NCBI RefSeq assembly: GCF_964355755.1
Contig: NC_092674.1
Location: 8,680,001-8,744,000, forward strand
DNA: 64,000 nt
From: Antedon mediterranea
Taxonomy: Eukaryota; Animalia; Echinodermata
Reading direction: 5' to 3'
Both the position numbers and the translations under genes were made by a program. Below the pieces are notes generated by a model. That model did no database searches and was not told the origin of the DNA. It was given only the letters and a program-made list of their open reading frames with translations. Below, one piece after another: positions 14,001 through 29,000 of the stretch. The first letter of the stretch is position 1. Every line of letters begins with the position of its first letter.

Positions 14001-17000
14001 TATGTTTGTATTTAATTTATATATGAATGATAAAATCCAGTAGCCAAAGGCCAATGACGGGATGCCTTAAAACAATATTGAAATGCATCAAAAACAAGAC
14101 AGACAGAATAACGGAAAAAAGACTCCATAAATTAAACCAACTTACAAGAAAAAAAAATTAATTCTAACGTCTATAGATAATTACAGAGTGTATTTTTTTT
14201 AACTTGCAGGCTTGATCAGTGCCTATTGAGAGCTAACAGCCTCAAGATCAATTCCAACTGGGACAGCATCTTGGATGAGATGTCCGCTCACCTGTACTAT
14301 TTGATAGGTCTACATCTGTGCCGCATGGCTGCAATGGTAATGTTAATACATTGTTGGATAGCCTGATTTTATGTTATAATGTCTAAACCACACTGGTGGC
14401 AAATCTGTTTCTGTCCCCTTAGCATGGGGAAATTATATAGATTGGTGCAGCGATAAATAGTGATTTCTTCTTTCAATCAAAAGAATTGATTGTGTAGCAT
14501 ATGATATATATGCTTGCTAAACACTGTAACAAATATATTTTCTTAGTAATAACCATCTTTCCCTCACTGGGTTAAATTTTGGTTATCTAAGCCTGGCAGA
14601 AATTAGCGACGGTGAAAATTAGGTTGTAGAATGTGCCTCTTTCCGATTGTATACTTTGAAGCTTCAAACTAACTAACTGCCAATGATGTATAAAAAACAT
14701 GACAAAATGTTTTCATTCATACAATGCACTTTTGCAGGGATCTTTTCGCTGGGCAGATATATTAGGATTCGTCACCAGTTGCTTTGCCCAGAGTGCCCAA
14801 GTGAAGCTACCAGACATGTCAGGGCGGCCCGAATATCAATCAAAATGGAAATTACTAGCGAGCGCTAGGCTTAGTGAAGTCTGTGAGTACCCACTTTTTT
14901 TATGTATTTCAATTTAGAAACTATAATTGTTATTCCTTTGTTTATTTTTAAAGGAGACCGAAAGACAAAATATCCTGAGAGTAAGAGATTGTGTTGAATA
15001 TGAGTCACTGGTGTTAATCATGCATAGCAGAATCACTCAACCATAGAAAATTTACTCATGTATAACCATGCATCACACTGACTAATGACACATTTTTCAA
15101 AAAAAAAACCCCAATCAACTAAATATTCTACGATTTTGAAAAACCGTATTCCTTTTAGATATCTGTTTTCTCTATGATTTTCGGTTTTTAGTTTTATAGT
15201 TTTATAGTTTGAACTAATTTAATTGCTATGATATATCTTTGTTTGTAGTCCATATGCTGCATGCTTTCAAGAAACAGTATGGACCAGATTGGTTGGAAAA
15301 GTGCCAAAGAAGTTCTGCAAACTTACAGGTAATGATGGTATTTCCTGTCATGAAGTGTTTCTCACTACCCTGGTGTTCAATCATCCATGAAAGAATTACT
15401 CAACCGTAGCAACAACAAAAATCCCAGATTTTATAGAGATTGACTGCAGATTTATTGTGACAACTGGCCAATTATAGTAGAATCATAGATGAATGTTACT
15501 GTTCCATAATGTATATTATTATTATTATTATATTTTGAAGATTAGTTTAGAGCTATGTTTAAATTCACCATTAACAATCATTAAACCTAACGGATAATGA
15601 CAATATACGTTATTTCTTCTTGTAGAGCCAGACACATTTGTTTCATGTTGTCTTTGGACAGGAAGCAGATCCAAATAAATCCTTCTTCATGTCGGACACA
15701 AACTTTGCCAAGTTGCAGGGGGTCATCTTAGATGACCTCGTTGGAGTAGTCCTTAAATATGATCAAGGTTAGCAAAACTATAGTAAAACCCCTATTAGGC
15801 GTCATCTACAAATTATTTCAGACCACAAATCAGCGTCCAGACGCGTTTTCTATTGTTTACCCAAAAACGCGTCTCAAAACCCGTCTGATTTGGCTGCGTC
15901 TAGACGCCAATATGCATGTTCGACTATGGCCCCGCCCCTATATACGGCTGACTGCACATTGTTATACACAGTACTGTGTACTGGTGTTAAACGCGCTACA
16001 TACAAGTGAATTCATTGAGAGCGTGATATTAAATTATTATTTACAACCGGCAGTAAGACAAACAAATCAGTACAGGTATACCCTTTAACCGCCGACAGAG
16101 TATACTGTAAAGCGCAAATTTTCGTTTCTATTTATTTGCGACCTTTTATTTTTGCGATTTTATTTTTCTTGTGCTAAAGAGTGAATTTACCACATGCAAA
16201 AACGTTAAAGTTAACTTTTGGAACATGGAATCACTCAAACTATTGACCTACAGTACAGAAAGAAAATACTGCAACTTTACCTACGAAGTAGCTTCGTAGG
16301 CTACGTTGTTGGCTTCGTAGGTTCCATTGTTTGGCTTCGTAACCTCAATAAACAACTTTCAATGAGCTACGTTCTGAACTTCGTAGGGAGTTCGTAACCT
16401 AAATAAACAACCCTACGATGTTCTTAGTGCAGTAAGAAGGTGTGAAATTAATGTGTTAAATTTAACTGGCGGAGGACCAAGTTGTAAATATATAATATTT
16501 TTTAATCGTAATCGTTTCCTTCGTGCGTGTTTACCTAATCAACGGCGAATATAAATATAAATTTCCCACGATGTAAAACGTAGAGACACGCGATCCAACA
16601 CAGGTGAACCTCAACGAACAGGCCAACTAATAAACATATTATAGCGAATGTCCAGTCCATCCAGAACGATGTAGTGAATATATTAGTTGGTTCCGAGCTT
16701 TCTCAGGCGTATATATTTCCACGCGACGTACACAGCTGTCACTGAATGATAACTCATACAAAAAGTATATTTAACTCAACTAGAACTTTTATTCCTTGTA
16801 ACGCAATTAATACATCTTACTTCCACTGTACCAGTCAAGCCTTATTTTCTTTATCATCTTTCCGTTTATCTACTCTGATCTTATTCTCTCTTCTCGTTTA
16901 TCTACTCTGATCTTATTCTCTCTTCTTCTAATATCTATTACATTCCACTTTTATACTGGACATGCAAATTTTAGGCTTCAGAGGAGGATAACATTTTCCC

Positions 17001-20000
17001 TCCACAAATTATACGATTTTGATTGGCTAATAATATAAGGCGGACCTGGTCTAAAGCATCCTTCTCTAAACACAGAGAATCACAACATAAATAATATGAC
17101 ATTCCCCTTTTTGGGAAAAAGATTGTGTCAATCTTTCCAAAAATTTAACATTTAAAACCATTTTACTATAAACTATCTACAAATAACACCTCTATAATAT
17201 ATTATGCACGGCTTAATCCATCTGCATTTCCATTTAATGATCCTTTCTTGTAAATAACTTTAAATTTATATCCTTGTAAAAACAGAGCCCATCTCATAAG
17301 TCTAACATTGGCACCCTTCATTGAGTCCATCCATCTCAATGCCTGGTGGTCAGTATGAACTTGAAATTTAAATCTGTAAGTCTCTGCGGACACATCATAC
17401 TTTTCTAAGATTGCCTTCTTTAAGGTATCATAATCTACACATTCTTTTACGGTTAAGGATGCATATGCTGTCCTAGCTTTACCAGACAGTTCAGGTGCTA
17501 ACCTAGCGGACCACGTATTTTTATCCCAACCTGTGGCTTCTGCCAAGTGTTCAAATGTTCTAAAATATATATCAATATCATCTGATTCCTTCAAATTAGG
17601 AACCTTTACCTTCATTTCATCTACTATATTCCTAGCATTACTGTAGCTAGACCTATTTTCTAATTCCATCATTTTCACTCTTTCTTGTGATTCAATTTTT
17701 CTTTGCTCTATATCTGCTTCTAATCTTAATTGGTCTTGTTGGTATTGTAATTCTAACTTTTTGTTTTCGGCCTTGGCCTCGAACTTCATTCGAAAATATT
17801 CGAGCATCATATCTTTAGGCATACCGCCGGGTATTTCGGGCAAATCAATATCCCTAGCCATTTTATCATATATTTCATTGACTTGGTCAACCTCTTCTTG
17901 GTCAACCATTTCTTCCCTAGTATCTTTTTCTGACATAGTCTTATCTATATTTTTACCCGATCTTAAAGTTGTCATGCTAATAACAATTTTATTAATGAAA
18001 TATGTAAACTTATGTATACAAAATATGTTATAAAAGTATTTGTACCTTGATTCCATTCAGATATGTAAAAATATGAAATCCACATAAATTTTTAAATGCA
18101 ATACAATCTAAGACATTAATTAGACATTAAATAATATGACAGATGCCGAGAAAAAAAGATCGTACACAATTCATTCTAAATATAGTATCAGAACGTTTTC
18201 AGTCGGTCGCTCAAAAAGACTGCCGACAGAAGACCGTAATAAATACAGACCTAGTTTTTTTTGTCACATGGCATGAAACGCGATACTCTGGCGGCTGCCG
18301 TCTGATGACAATAAAACAGTAATTAAGATCGTGTACCTGGATTTTGTGTCACATGACATGAAACATAATACTCTCTCTCTAGCTCTAAACTGCTCACATG
18401 TTTTTCCCCTCCAAATTCTGGTCGAGCCTTTTTCTTTACACATGTCGTAATCATTTTAAAAGGCCTATGTTAAATCTTAATATGGAACATATATTTATTT
18501 TTCATATCCTAGCCTAGGCCTAGGTGTCGTTGTTTTTATATTTCGCTAACCCAAGGTAGGAGCGTTAAATAATTTATAGGCGGCCTAGGCCTAGATAGTG
18601 TAGGCCGCCGAAACTAGGCTAGCCTAGACTTTCTTTCTCTCTGTCTGAGCTGAGGTCCACAGGCCCGATGTCGTCTCATCGGCGAATTTCCGTCCAAATT
18701 AGGATAACCTAGGCCTAGTCTCAGATTTGTTGGTTCTGTGAAATGATACCAATGTTGTTTCACCATACAAGCAATACAGACGGGTTTTAATCACTCAGAC
18801 GCGTTTTCTATTGTTTTACCTACTAAACAGCGAAAACGGGTTTTAATCACACAGACGCGTCTTCGCCGCGATTGGGTAGCTCATGAATATTCATAATAGA
18901 TCGTTAATGAGGTTCAGCATTGGACAGACGCGTCTGATGGGTTGCAAGTTTTCAGACGCGTCTCTGTGGTCTGAAATAATTTGTAGATGGCGCCTTAAGG
19001 AGATACCTTCTTGACTCAACAAAGTGTCCTCTTAATAATGTTGTCCCTATAAACCTATATTTGTTCATTAAAAAGGAAACGTGTCCCTTTAATGGGTGGA
19101 CGGAAAATGTCCTTTATGCTATTTTCCCAAGTGTGTCGCCTGCTTTCGTCGTTTTTTCTGGCTTGAGCTATTGTACATCTTAAATGTCTTGACAAAAAAG
19201 TAGACAAAATACAACATTATTTTTAGCATAAAACGTTGTTTTTAAAAAAAAGGAGGCGACATCCAAAAAGCAAGCGTGCAGGGATGCTAAACATTAATAT
19301 TTATTTTGCCTTATATGAATGTGTTGGCATATACAACGTAGAATGTTATATTAAAGCAATCTAACAAGAGGCTGCTAGCTCCGGAGGTAAAAGGGTTTAT
19401 CTGTGGCTGCGACACGATCAGTTCCACACTCCCTAACAGACACCGTCTGACATAAGATCAATGGACTGTTATGAATTCCTACCTTGGCAAGGCAAGCTCA
19501 GTTCCACACTCCCTAACAGACACCGTCTGACATAAGATCAATGGACTGTTATGAATTCCTACCTTGGCAAGGCAAGCTCAGTTCCACACTCCCTAACAGA
19601 CACCGTCTGACATAAGATCAATGGACTGTTATGAATTCCTACCTTGGCAAGGCAAGCTCAGTTCCACACTCCCTAACAGACACCGTCTGACATAAGATCA
19701 ATGGACTGTTATGAATTCCTACCTTGGCAAGGCAAGCTCAGTTCCACACTCCCTAACAGACACCGTCTGACATAAGATCAATGGACTGTTATGAATTCCT
19801 ACCTTGGCAAGGCAAGCTCAGTTCCACACTCCCTAACAGACACCGTCTGACATAAGATCAATGGACTGTTATGAATTCCTACCTTGGCAAGGCAAGCTCA
19901 GTTCCACACTCCCTAACAGACACCGTCTGACATAAGATCAATGGACTGTTATGAATTCCTACCTTGGCAAGGCAAGCTCAGTTCCACACTCCCTAACAGA

Positions 20001-23000
20001 CACCGTCTGACATAAGATCAATGGACTGTTATGAATTCCTACCTTGGCAAGGCAAGCTCAGTTCTACACTCCCTAACAGACACCGTCTGACATAAGATCA
20101 ATGGACTGTTATGAATTCCTACCTTGGCAAGGCAAGCTCAGTTCCACACTCCCTAACAGACACCGTCTGACAATGACATAAGATCAATGGACTGTTATGA
20201 ATTCCTACCTTGGCAAGGCAAGCTCAGTTCCACACTCCCTAACAGACACCGTCTGACATAAGATCAATGGACTGTTATGAATTCCTACCTTGGCAAGGCA
20301 AGCTCAGTTCCACACTCCCTAACAGACACCGTCTGACATAAGATCAATGGACTGTTATGAATTCCTACCTTGGCAAGGCAAGCTCAGTGTCCTTTTGTAA
20401 AGCTTTTCTACTTTGTTAGTAGTTTTTGAATCACGCTTATAATAATCTTAAAAATACAGTAAAGTTGGAGTATAGTGTATTATATCAGATATTTTCTTCT
20501 CCAGATGCTGTGATGGCTCAGCCACACAATCTGCAACTTCTGGTGTGGTTAGGCCTTCAATGGGACGTCAGAACGGATGGTATTTCTCCAGACCTTGGCA
20601 CTTTCATAGAGAAATCTTTTGATAAACTACATTTTTCTTCCAACAACTTGAAAATCACAAGCGTTGATAACTTACGACTCCTTGATATTGAGGTATTGAA
20701 TATACTGTGTATTATTTTTTTAATGTAATTATTTCTGATCTCTTGAAACAAATCCAATTCTTGTGGATATCCACTTGATCCAAAAACTACCGGGGTAATA
20801 ATAATAATATTGACAGCACTTAGAAGTTTCACAACATTGGGAGCTTTATAAATCCAGGATAAATATTATTATTATTATTATTAAACAGCTGATGATCTGA
20901 CAAATTAATTAACCCTCCAAATATTTAATATCACATCAATCAACCTAATTAAACATTTAATAATAATAATAATCATTTTTTATATAGCGCTTATTGCACA
21001 ATGCTTCTAAGCGCTTCACATTATTACCCCAGTCATTTTTTTGGACCAAACACAATGGAAACATACTCCCATAATGCAGCTAGTAATCAGCGCAAAGTTG
21101 TGCCTTGATCTAACCGGCTACTTATTTATACACCTGGGCTGAGAGAGGCAAACATAAGTAAAGTATCTTGCCTAAGGATACAAGCAATGTGGCAAGAGTG
21201 GAATTCGAACCACGATCTCACAATCGGTAGTCCAACGTCCAACACACTGCGCAACACGCCCTAATAATACTTGTTAAATATGACTAAAGTTGCGTGTTCT
21301 TTTTGCCTTAGGCTTTCTTGTACGTTCTGGTAAAATCTGCAAAGACTAAAAGAGATACTTTACTAGCAGAAGGTCGCACCAGTCCAGACCAACCATCAGT
21401 CCTACCTGTGGCATTATGCCAGATGCTGTATACTGAAGAACAAGAGAAATGGTTCAAGGCTGTATGCGCACTGTACACTGGAAATGCTAAGTAAGTAATT
21501 TTGATATTATTCTACTGCAGTTACTGCTTTAACTATATATTTTATCTCTTAAAACCTGTTTATGCAATTATTTAACAAGCCTGTTTTTGTAATCATACAT
21601 ACTTTTTATTGCATTAAAACAACCTAAATTCATGTTATTTTTGTATGTAGTTACTGCAGTAACTTCAGAAGAATAATTTTGACATGATATTTTAGAATAT
21701 TTTTGAATTGCACTATAAACCGACTGGCGGTTTTTAACATTGTGTGATATTTTCTTTTTCCACATATAATCTTCCAACTTTAGATGTTAAAATGTTTATT
21801 TCCATAGGTCTGAAGAGCGGGCCAAAATTCGTCTTGCAATCCAGAAGGGCTTAGAAGCCATTCGTAATTCGAACCAGTTTAACATTGACACACCACTGCT
21901 GATCCATCTTGCTAAAACTTTCAGGACCAGGGTAAGTTTAAATGAAGACCTTGAATGATAAAGTCTTTCACTTAAGTGATATTCACATAGATGAGAGCAT
22001 TTGTAAATTCTAAGGGTGTTTCCCGAATTGCCTAAATTAGAAATACGGACACTGGGATTCATATTTTAGGACAAAATTCTTTTTTCTCTTTTTGGAATTT
22101 TTACAAGTTAAATCTTACTTTCTGTATAAATTTGAAGGAAAAAAAACACAAAATCTTTTAGTTTACAATAACATTTTCAAGAAAAATTTGTCATAGTATT
22201 CAAGGATGTTTTAGAATGTATTTTTGGTTTATCTTTTGTTGTTAATTAAATTTTTTGTATTTTAATACCAGATGCTGGAAGAGAAGAAAGAAAATGATGT
22301 TCCAGGCAATGAACAGTTTCTAGCCTGCCAGCGTCTTAGTGTACACTACTGGCAAGCTGCTAGTGAACACCTCAAGTTGTTAGCAAGGTATAGAACATTT
22401 AATAAGGATGACTAAAGCTTTATCTACACTATCAAACTAAAAAAAATTAACCTTAAGCCCTGTGTAAAATATGAAGCTGAAGTTGACAAACAAGCATGAA
22501 TGTGCAATACTCGGGGTACAGCGAAAGAAGCTGTAATGACGTCATAAGACCGGATGTAACGTCACATACACATCAATAACTGCACTACCAAATACAGCTA
22601 TACGGTACCATCTTCGAGACGTGATATGGCTGCATCCGGTATGAAATTAAAAAATGCGGCTCTATAGCTTTGAGGACATGTCCCTGTAGTATATTCATGC
22701 TAAATCCGAGCTCAATACTACAACGAATAAGGGAGGAGTATTTACCGATTACACAAAATAAGTATTTAAATAAATAATAAAAATAAGATATACTGTGTAT
22801 AATTATCATATTGCGTATACACTACTTTTCACCATAAAGTTTTTAAAAAAAGTTTCGCCCGGGCTCGAATCAGGTACCTTCTGCGTGTTAAGCAAACGTG
22901 ATAATCACTACGCCAAGAAGCCGCATATAACTACATAACGCTGTGGTGTGTGTCACACATTGTGGCTTCTTAATTAAACAAATTAATTAACAAAAATCCT

Positions 23001-26000
23001 AGACTCGGGTACCCCGAGTAATAAAAAGTATGATGTTCCCAAATATGGCAGTGATATGGATATGGATAGGGATATGACATCATCGTGTCCATATATGGGC
23101 ACATCACATTTGTTTGTCATAAACTTTGATAGTGTAGACAGAGCTTTAGAGTTATATCAGAAACGTGCAAGTATTAGTTCCTAAACTAATAACTCGCCAA
23201 CATTTAAAAAAATAACTTGATATAACAAAATATCTAAATTGTTTAATAATAGAGAATGGAGATATATCAATATGCTTTAAAACTGTTGAAACTATAAAAC
23301 ATATGTGCAAGTTTTTAGAGGTTTTTTTTGTTACTTTACAGTGATAAAGCATTGACTCCTCCTAAACATGCATTCTTTGTAGCTTCACATGGAAAAATAA
23401 AGGTGAGATGAAAAATAATATATAGCTAGTTTATCTGTATACTACAGACCACATTGTAGAAAGATTTTGTATATATATTTTCCTAATTAATATAGGCATT
23501 ATTTTCTGGTGATTTATTAGTGGTTAGGTCATCTACAGCCAATCACTGGGCCTAAGCAAAACTAACTCAAGGATCCTGCTAGTCTTAACTGTGCATGCTA
23601 AATGTTTGTGTAACAGCAACAAATATTGTATCTTTGACCTAAGCTCCTCTTTCATTTTTCTATGGTTGAAAACTACATAAAGGAATAGACTGTAATTTAA
23701 TATTGATGTGTTTTCTAATTTAACAGAAAGAGGAGATATTTTATTTCCAAGAAGAAGCAGCTATAGCACTGTCAGAGTATGAGTTCCAGCAAGGACACCA
23801 TCAACAGGCCCTTAATCTTCTCTCCAAGGTGAAAGGTGTAACTGGACTTTTCACAAAGGCATTGGTAGGGACTATCTACAGTATTATGTTTATGATAAAT
23901 TGACTATATATTACCCAATGGCTTTCAATCCAAGATATTGACTTATATTATAAAGCACTGTTTTCAAAAGTCTTACTTATTCACAGATGTGTAAACAACT
24001 ATCGCAGATGGAGATTGATGGAAAGGAAGACAGTCAGATTACAGCCAACATGATCTTGGCACAAGGCACATATTTAGACCAGTGTACGTATGCCCTCTAC
24101 TCCGCTATGGATGCTATACAGGATGATCATAATAGTGTAAGTATTTTAGAGTTGCAGGTTGCTCACCACGATGTTAACCATGTATCTGACAATAGTTTCA
24201 AGTTCTGTTTACACTATCAAACTTTCGATGATGTGCCCATATATGGACATGATGACATATCACTACCATTTTTAGGCACACCACATTTGCCCTATATATT
24301 TTTTAACTTATTATACCACTTCCCAGCTTCTCATTATCAACCACTTAAATCCTGACATCCAACCCTCTAAACATCTCTTCCCCAACTTAGGAAATTAACA
24401 TTATTGTATCAAGCAAAACTTGAACCAAGGACACATCACATTAAACACACATCATGACACTACCTAGCACTATAGACTGACCATGGAGTCCTCCATAATA
24501 AAAATATCAATGTCTCTGCCTGATTAGACTCAAAACTAAACCTAATTACAATTTCAGTCTATGCATGAAGAAATTCAACAGCTGCTGGAAGAGGTAGATA
24601 CTGAAAAGCAGCAACTTGCTCATAAAGGTTTAGAAGAAACCGAAACATTTGATACACCACGCAGAATTAGTAACAGCACACCTATGAATAGGAGATCTTT
24701 GGGGAAGACTCCTGCATCTGCAAGAACATCGTCAGTTGCTGGCAGGGAAACATTGCCATCTATTGGTGATATGTCAACATTTCAGCAAGTAAGGAAAGAC
24801 TGCAGTAATACTACAAGAGTTTCTGCAGTAGTACTATGAAAGTTGCTGCAGTAATACGACTTGTGGTGTCACCCTAATTATATTACAGTTAATATTTGCA
24901 ATTGGGATAAGCCTTCCTCTCTAATTATATAAGGATAGGGTAAACTAATATCTAGGCCTTAGCAATCCCAAGATTGGATGAGTTTTTCTTGTATTACATA
25001 TAGACTGTAATTATGTATATTTTCAACAGGGGTTAAGTCCGGATCCAAGTCCACGACGACTAATGTCAGAGTTGCGTACAATGAACGCAAGTCAGACACG
25101 CCTTATCGACGAGAACTCGCAATTACGAACACTTGCATTGTCCCACAGTCGTTTACTTGAGCAGAATTCTGAGATTCTATCAAAACACAATGAGGTGATG
25201 GACCAGAATAAGTTTTTGATGGAACAGATTCTTCATTTAAATGTAAGTAAGACAGTATTTGTGTGTGTAAACTTTGGAATGCACATTAGTACTGTGTTAA
25301 GCTTGTATACCTGGTTTCACTTAGTGATTGAGTGGCCGAGCGGTTAAGACAGTGGAACCGTAATTACGAAGCCATAACATCGGTATGCTCGAAATAGGAC
25401 TATAAACCGTATGTCCAGTTTACACATCTAGCTCTTGTGCATCTTTCGAGGCAAGTAGGTGTTGTATTAGTACACACACAGCCACTGTCGCACACAGTCA
25501 CTGATCATAACTGGCTCATTGTTTGTCCCATCATTCACTAAATGTGTTATATCTAGTATTTCTCTGGATGAACAAGACATAGTAAGAATTTAAATTTTAA
25601 AAAAATAAATTCTACTAGACTCATACTTAACCGTACCAAAGTTAATTCATTTAATTTTCTATAAGTATGGTTGTCATTGCAGAAAGAATTACAAGAGTTA
25701 AAATTAAACAGTTCAATAAGCTCACCAAACCCAGCAAAAGAGAAGGATACTAGTACCATTAACACAGACCAAACCATCATTATTAACGCCGCTGATTGTA
25801 GAATTGAACATGCTGATGCCCCAAATTTAACAAATCCTCAACCTGTTATGTATTACCCACCACACACACCAATGTTTCCCCCTCAATTCATACCAGGCTA
25901 TATACCGGGAATTCCAATACCTGGATTGGCGGAACAGCAATACATACCTTCCATGATGAACTCAACCCCGGGACCACACTATCAAGGAGAGGAAGCATAC

Positions 26001-29000
26001 GAAGCAGAAGGTGATGCGTATAATATAGATCCACATGTGTCACTAAAACTGCGAGACAACAATGTGTTCTCCACCCCAGCACGCAATATTGCACAGAGTA
26101 GAACACCAGAGGCTAGTATTTCTTCAGAATCCACACGTATTGATGAAGGATTTGCAGGCTTCTCTGGACTCAATCAACCAACACCGTTCTTGCAGCAAAA
26201 CCCCTCAACAGGAATGCCTCAAGTGGCACCAAATGGAAGTGCTGGCATGAAACCTTCCATCTACCAACCAAAACTTAACATACCACAACCAGCATCCTCA
26301 CCAGTTGCTATGAGTAAAGATGAAACTGCTCCAGAGAGGTCTGCCAGTGATGCTCCATTGTTACGTAAAATACTAATAGGGTCAGATGTTGACCCACCTC
26401 CTGCTGTTACACAATCTTTTCCTGCTTTTTCATCTGTTTCTTCAAACTCCAGGTTTGGCGGAGGAGACAAATTATCTGAAAAATCTGCTGTTTCGCCTAA
26501 TTTTACATTTGGTACTCGTCTGGAGTCTGCGAAAGCAAAAGAAGCTGAGCATACTCCAGTTTTCACTCCAAGTGCATCTTTTGGAAGTAAATCTGATGCA
26601 AGTGGAAACCCACAAACAGTAACCTCTGGCTTTTCATTTGGAGGTGGTAATATCTTTACCCCAGTGTCTACTAATCCAGCTTCAACCATCCAATTCAACC
26701 AACCAGCAGCTCAGCCCACAAGCAGTGGACCTTTTAGTCAGCTAGTAGCAGCTACTGGTTTCAAGGGTCTCAATTCTAACTCAACAAAGGAACCTACCAC
26801 CACTTCACCATTTGCTGGGCTTAGTTTAGGTGCTCAAACCCCACCAACAGCAGCACCTCAGCCTAGAAAGCCTACCGAAGGCTCTTTATTTTCAGGTCAG
26901 GAGTCTGTAGTATCCAGTTCAACCTCAAAAAGCAGCGGTTAGTTTTTTGTTCTATTTTTCTTTTATTGCTTAAATAAGGGAGTACATAAATGTTAATTGA
27001 TCAACAAAATCTTCACCAATATGTTGAATAATAAAAACCTGCATCTTCTCCACTACAGTAGGTAAAAAAGGATGGAGTTACATATTGAAAATCTTCAAAA
27101 TAGTATATTGTTATGCAGTATATAGATATATCTAATGATTTGAAACTGTTTTCCTTAAGAAGATCTGACAAGCAAGACCCAGTTGGCTTGTGCTGCAATG
27201 AACAATTTTCTTAACCCCATTTAATTGTACTGTCTTATTTTTTAAATCAGAGGAGGATGATGTTATATTGATTTATGAAAGAAAACCAACTCCAGCACAG
27301 ATTGCGATGGCTCTCAAATTGAAGCTGCCTCCAACATTCTATCTCTATGAATACAAAAAACCGTGCCCTGGTTGTATTGGTTGTGAAGATATCAATCTGG
27401 CAATGTTGTATAAAAAGGAAAACAAAGTTTTCAAAGATGCCACTCAGGCCAGTACTACTATCTTGCAAGACCCTAAACCAACACAAGAATGTAAGTTTTT
27501 CATATATACAGAAAAATGTTTTTGAAAGGTATTTTTAGACCTTGTTTATATTTAATTTTTTATATATATATATATTCTTTTTCAGCAACTTCTACAGAAC
27601 CATTGATGTTTGGAGGAGGATCGTCCACCTCTTTGACCTTTGCGTCTGTCACAGCTGGCAAACAAAATACTCCAGATTTTATGAAACAACGTAATTCACT
27701 TTTTACTTCTAACTTTTTACAATTAACTCGGTACTCATTTGTTAATAGAACAACTTAAATAATAAAGTTCACTATTATTTATTATTCATTATTTCAGAAT
27801 CTGCAAAGGCATTCTCTTGGACAAGTGCTGGCGCACAGCTGTTTAGCTCTAGTGCAGGAGGTGATGATGAGTACGACCCACATTATGAAGCTATTGTGAC
27901 TTTGCCTGAAGTTGTCGATCTTAAAACTGGAGAGGAAGACGAAAAATGCCTTTATAAAGATCGTGCCAAACTGTACCGATTCAACAAAGATATAAACCAG
28001 TGGAAAGAGCGTGGAGTTGGAGATGTCAAATTCATGCAGAATAAGAACACTGGTAGGATACGTGTGCTAATGCGTCGTGATCAGGTATTGAAAGTGTGTG
28101 CTAACCACATGATCACAGCAGACCTTGATATGAAAGCTATGCAGTCATCAGATCGTGCCTGGGTCTGGAGTGCACTTGATTTCTCTGAAGGAGAAGCGCA
28201 AATGGAGCAATTGGCAATCAAGTTCAAGAAGCCAGAAATGGCAAAGGAATTTAAAGAGAAGTTTGATGAGTGTAAAGTCCTTGTTAAAGAAGCAGAAACA
28301 AAAGCAAATGAAAAGCCGGAAACTAAAAAGATCCCAGAAAAACCAAAAGAGGTTTGTACATTATTTAGCTTTAATGGGGAACTGAAAGTGTCTTCTGCCT
28401 GATAATGTTTTACAAACATTTTTATATAATCTTCGTTAAATGAAAATGATAATACATATACTTTATAATTATCCATAATTTACGATTATTAATTAGTTTT
28501 TGAATGTGTAGTGTATAATGTAGTTATCAGAGATTATGATATTTGTCTTCAAAGAATTTCATATGTTACATTAATGTTTCTATTTTAAACTTTTCCTGAT
28601 TAGACTTTTGCTGACAAGTTCAAACCAAAAGCAGGAACATGGATATGCGACACTTGTCTTGTTAACAATCCTCCTGACACAGTTAAATGTCTTGCTTGTG
28701 CTACACTCAAACCAGGAGCAGCACCACCTCAATCGGCAGCTGCATCAACTAAACCTTCCGGAGCTACTGGATTCAGGTTTGATGGTCCAACTAGTTCACC
28801 ACAAACTTCAAAATTCAGTTTTGGTGGAGGTTCTGGTCCTGCAAGTGATGTTAAATCTCAGTCTGGTTTTTCTTTTGGAAAGCCAGCAAATGTTGCAGAC
28901 AGTAAACCTTCAGAATTTTCTTTTGGAAAGTCCACTGGTGGTGCTGCTGCTCTCCCCTCCACAGGCTTCTCATTCGGACAAGCTAGTGGTACGCCTACCT

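Noticed and set aside
19421-20388. CRISPR-like regular array
   Set aside because: Units are identical end to end with no unique spacers and no cas genes; the context is a eukaryotic intron.
22852-22922. Functional tRNA-Val gene
   Set aside because: The acceptor stem and T-arm are mismatched and the sequence lies within a repeat, so it is treated as a pseudogene.
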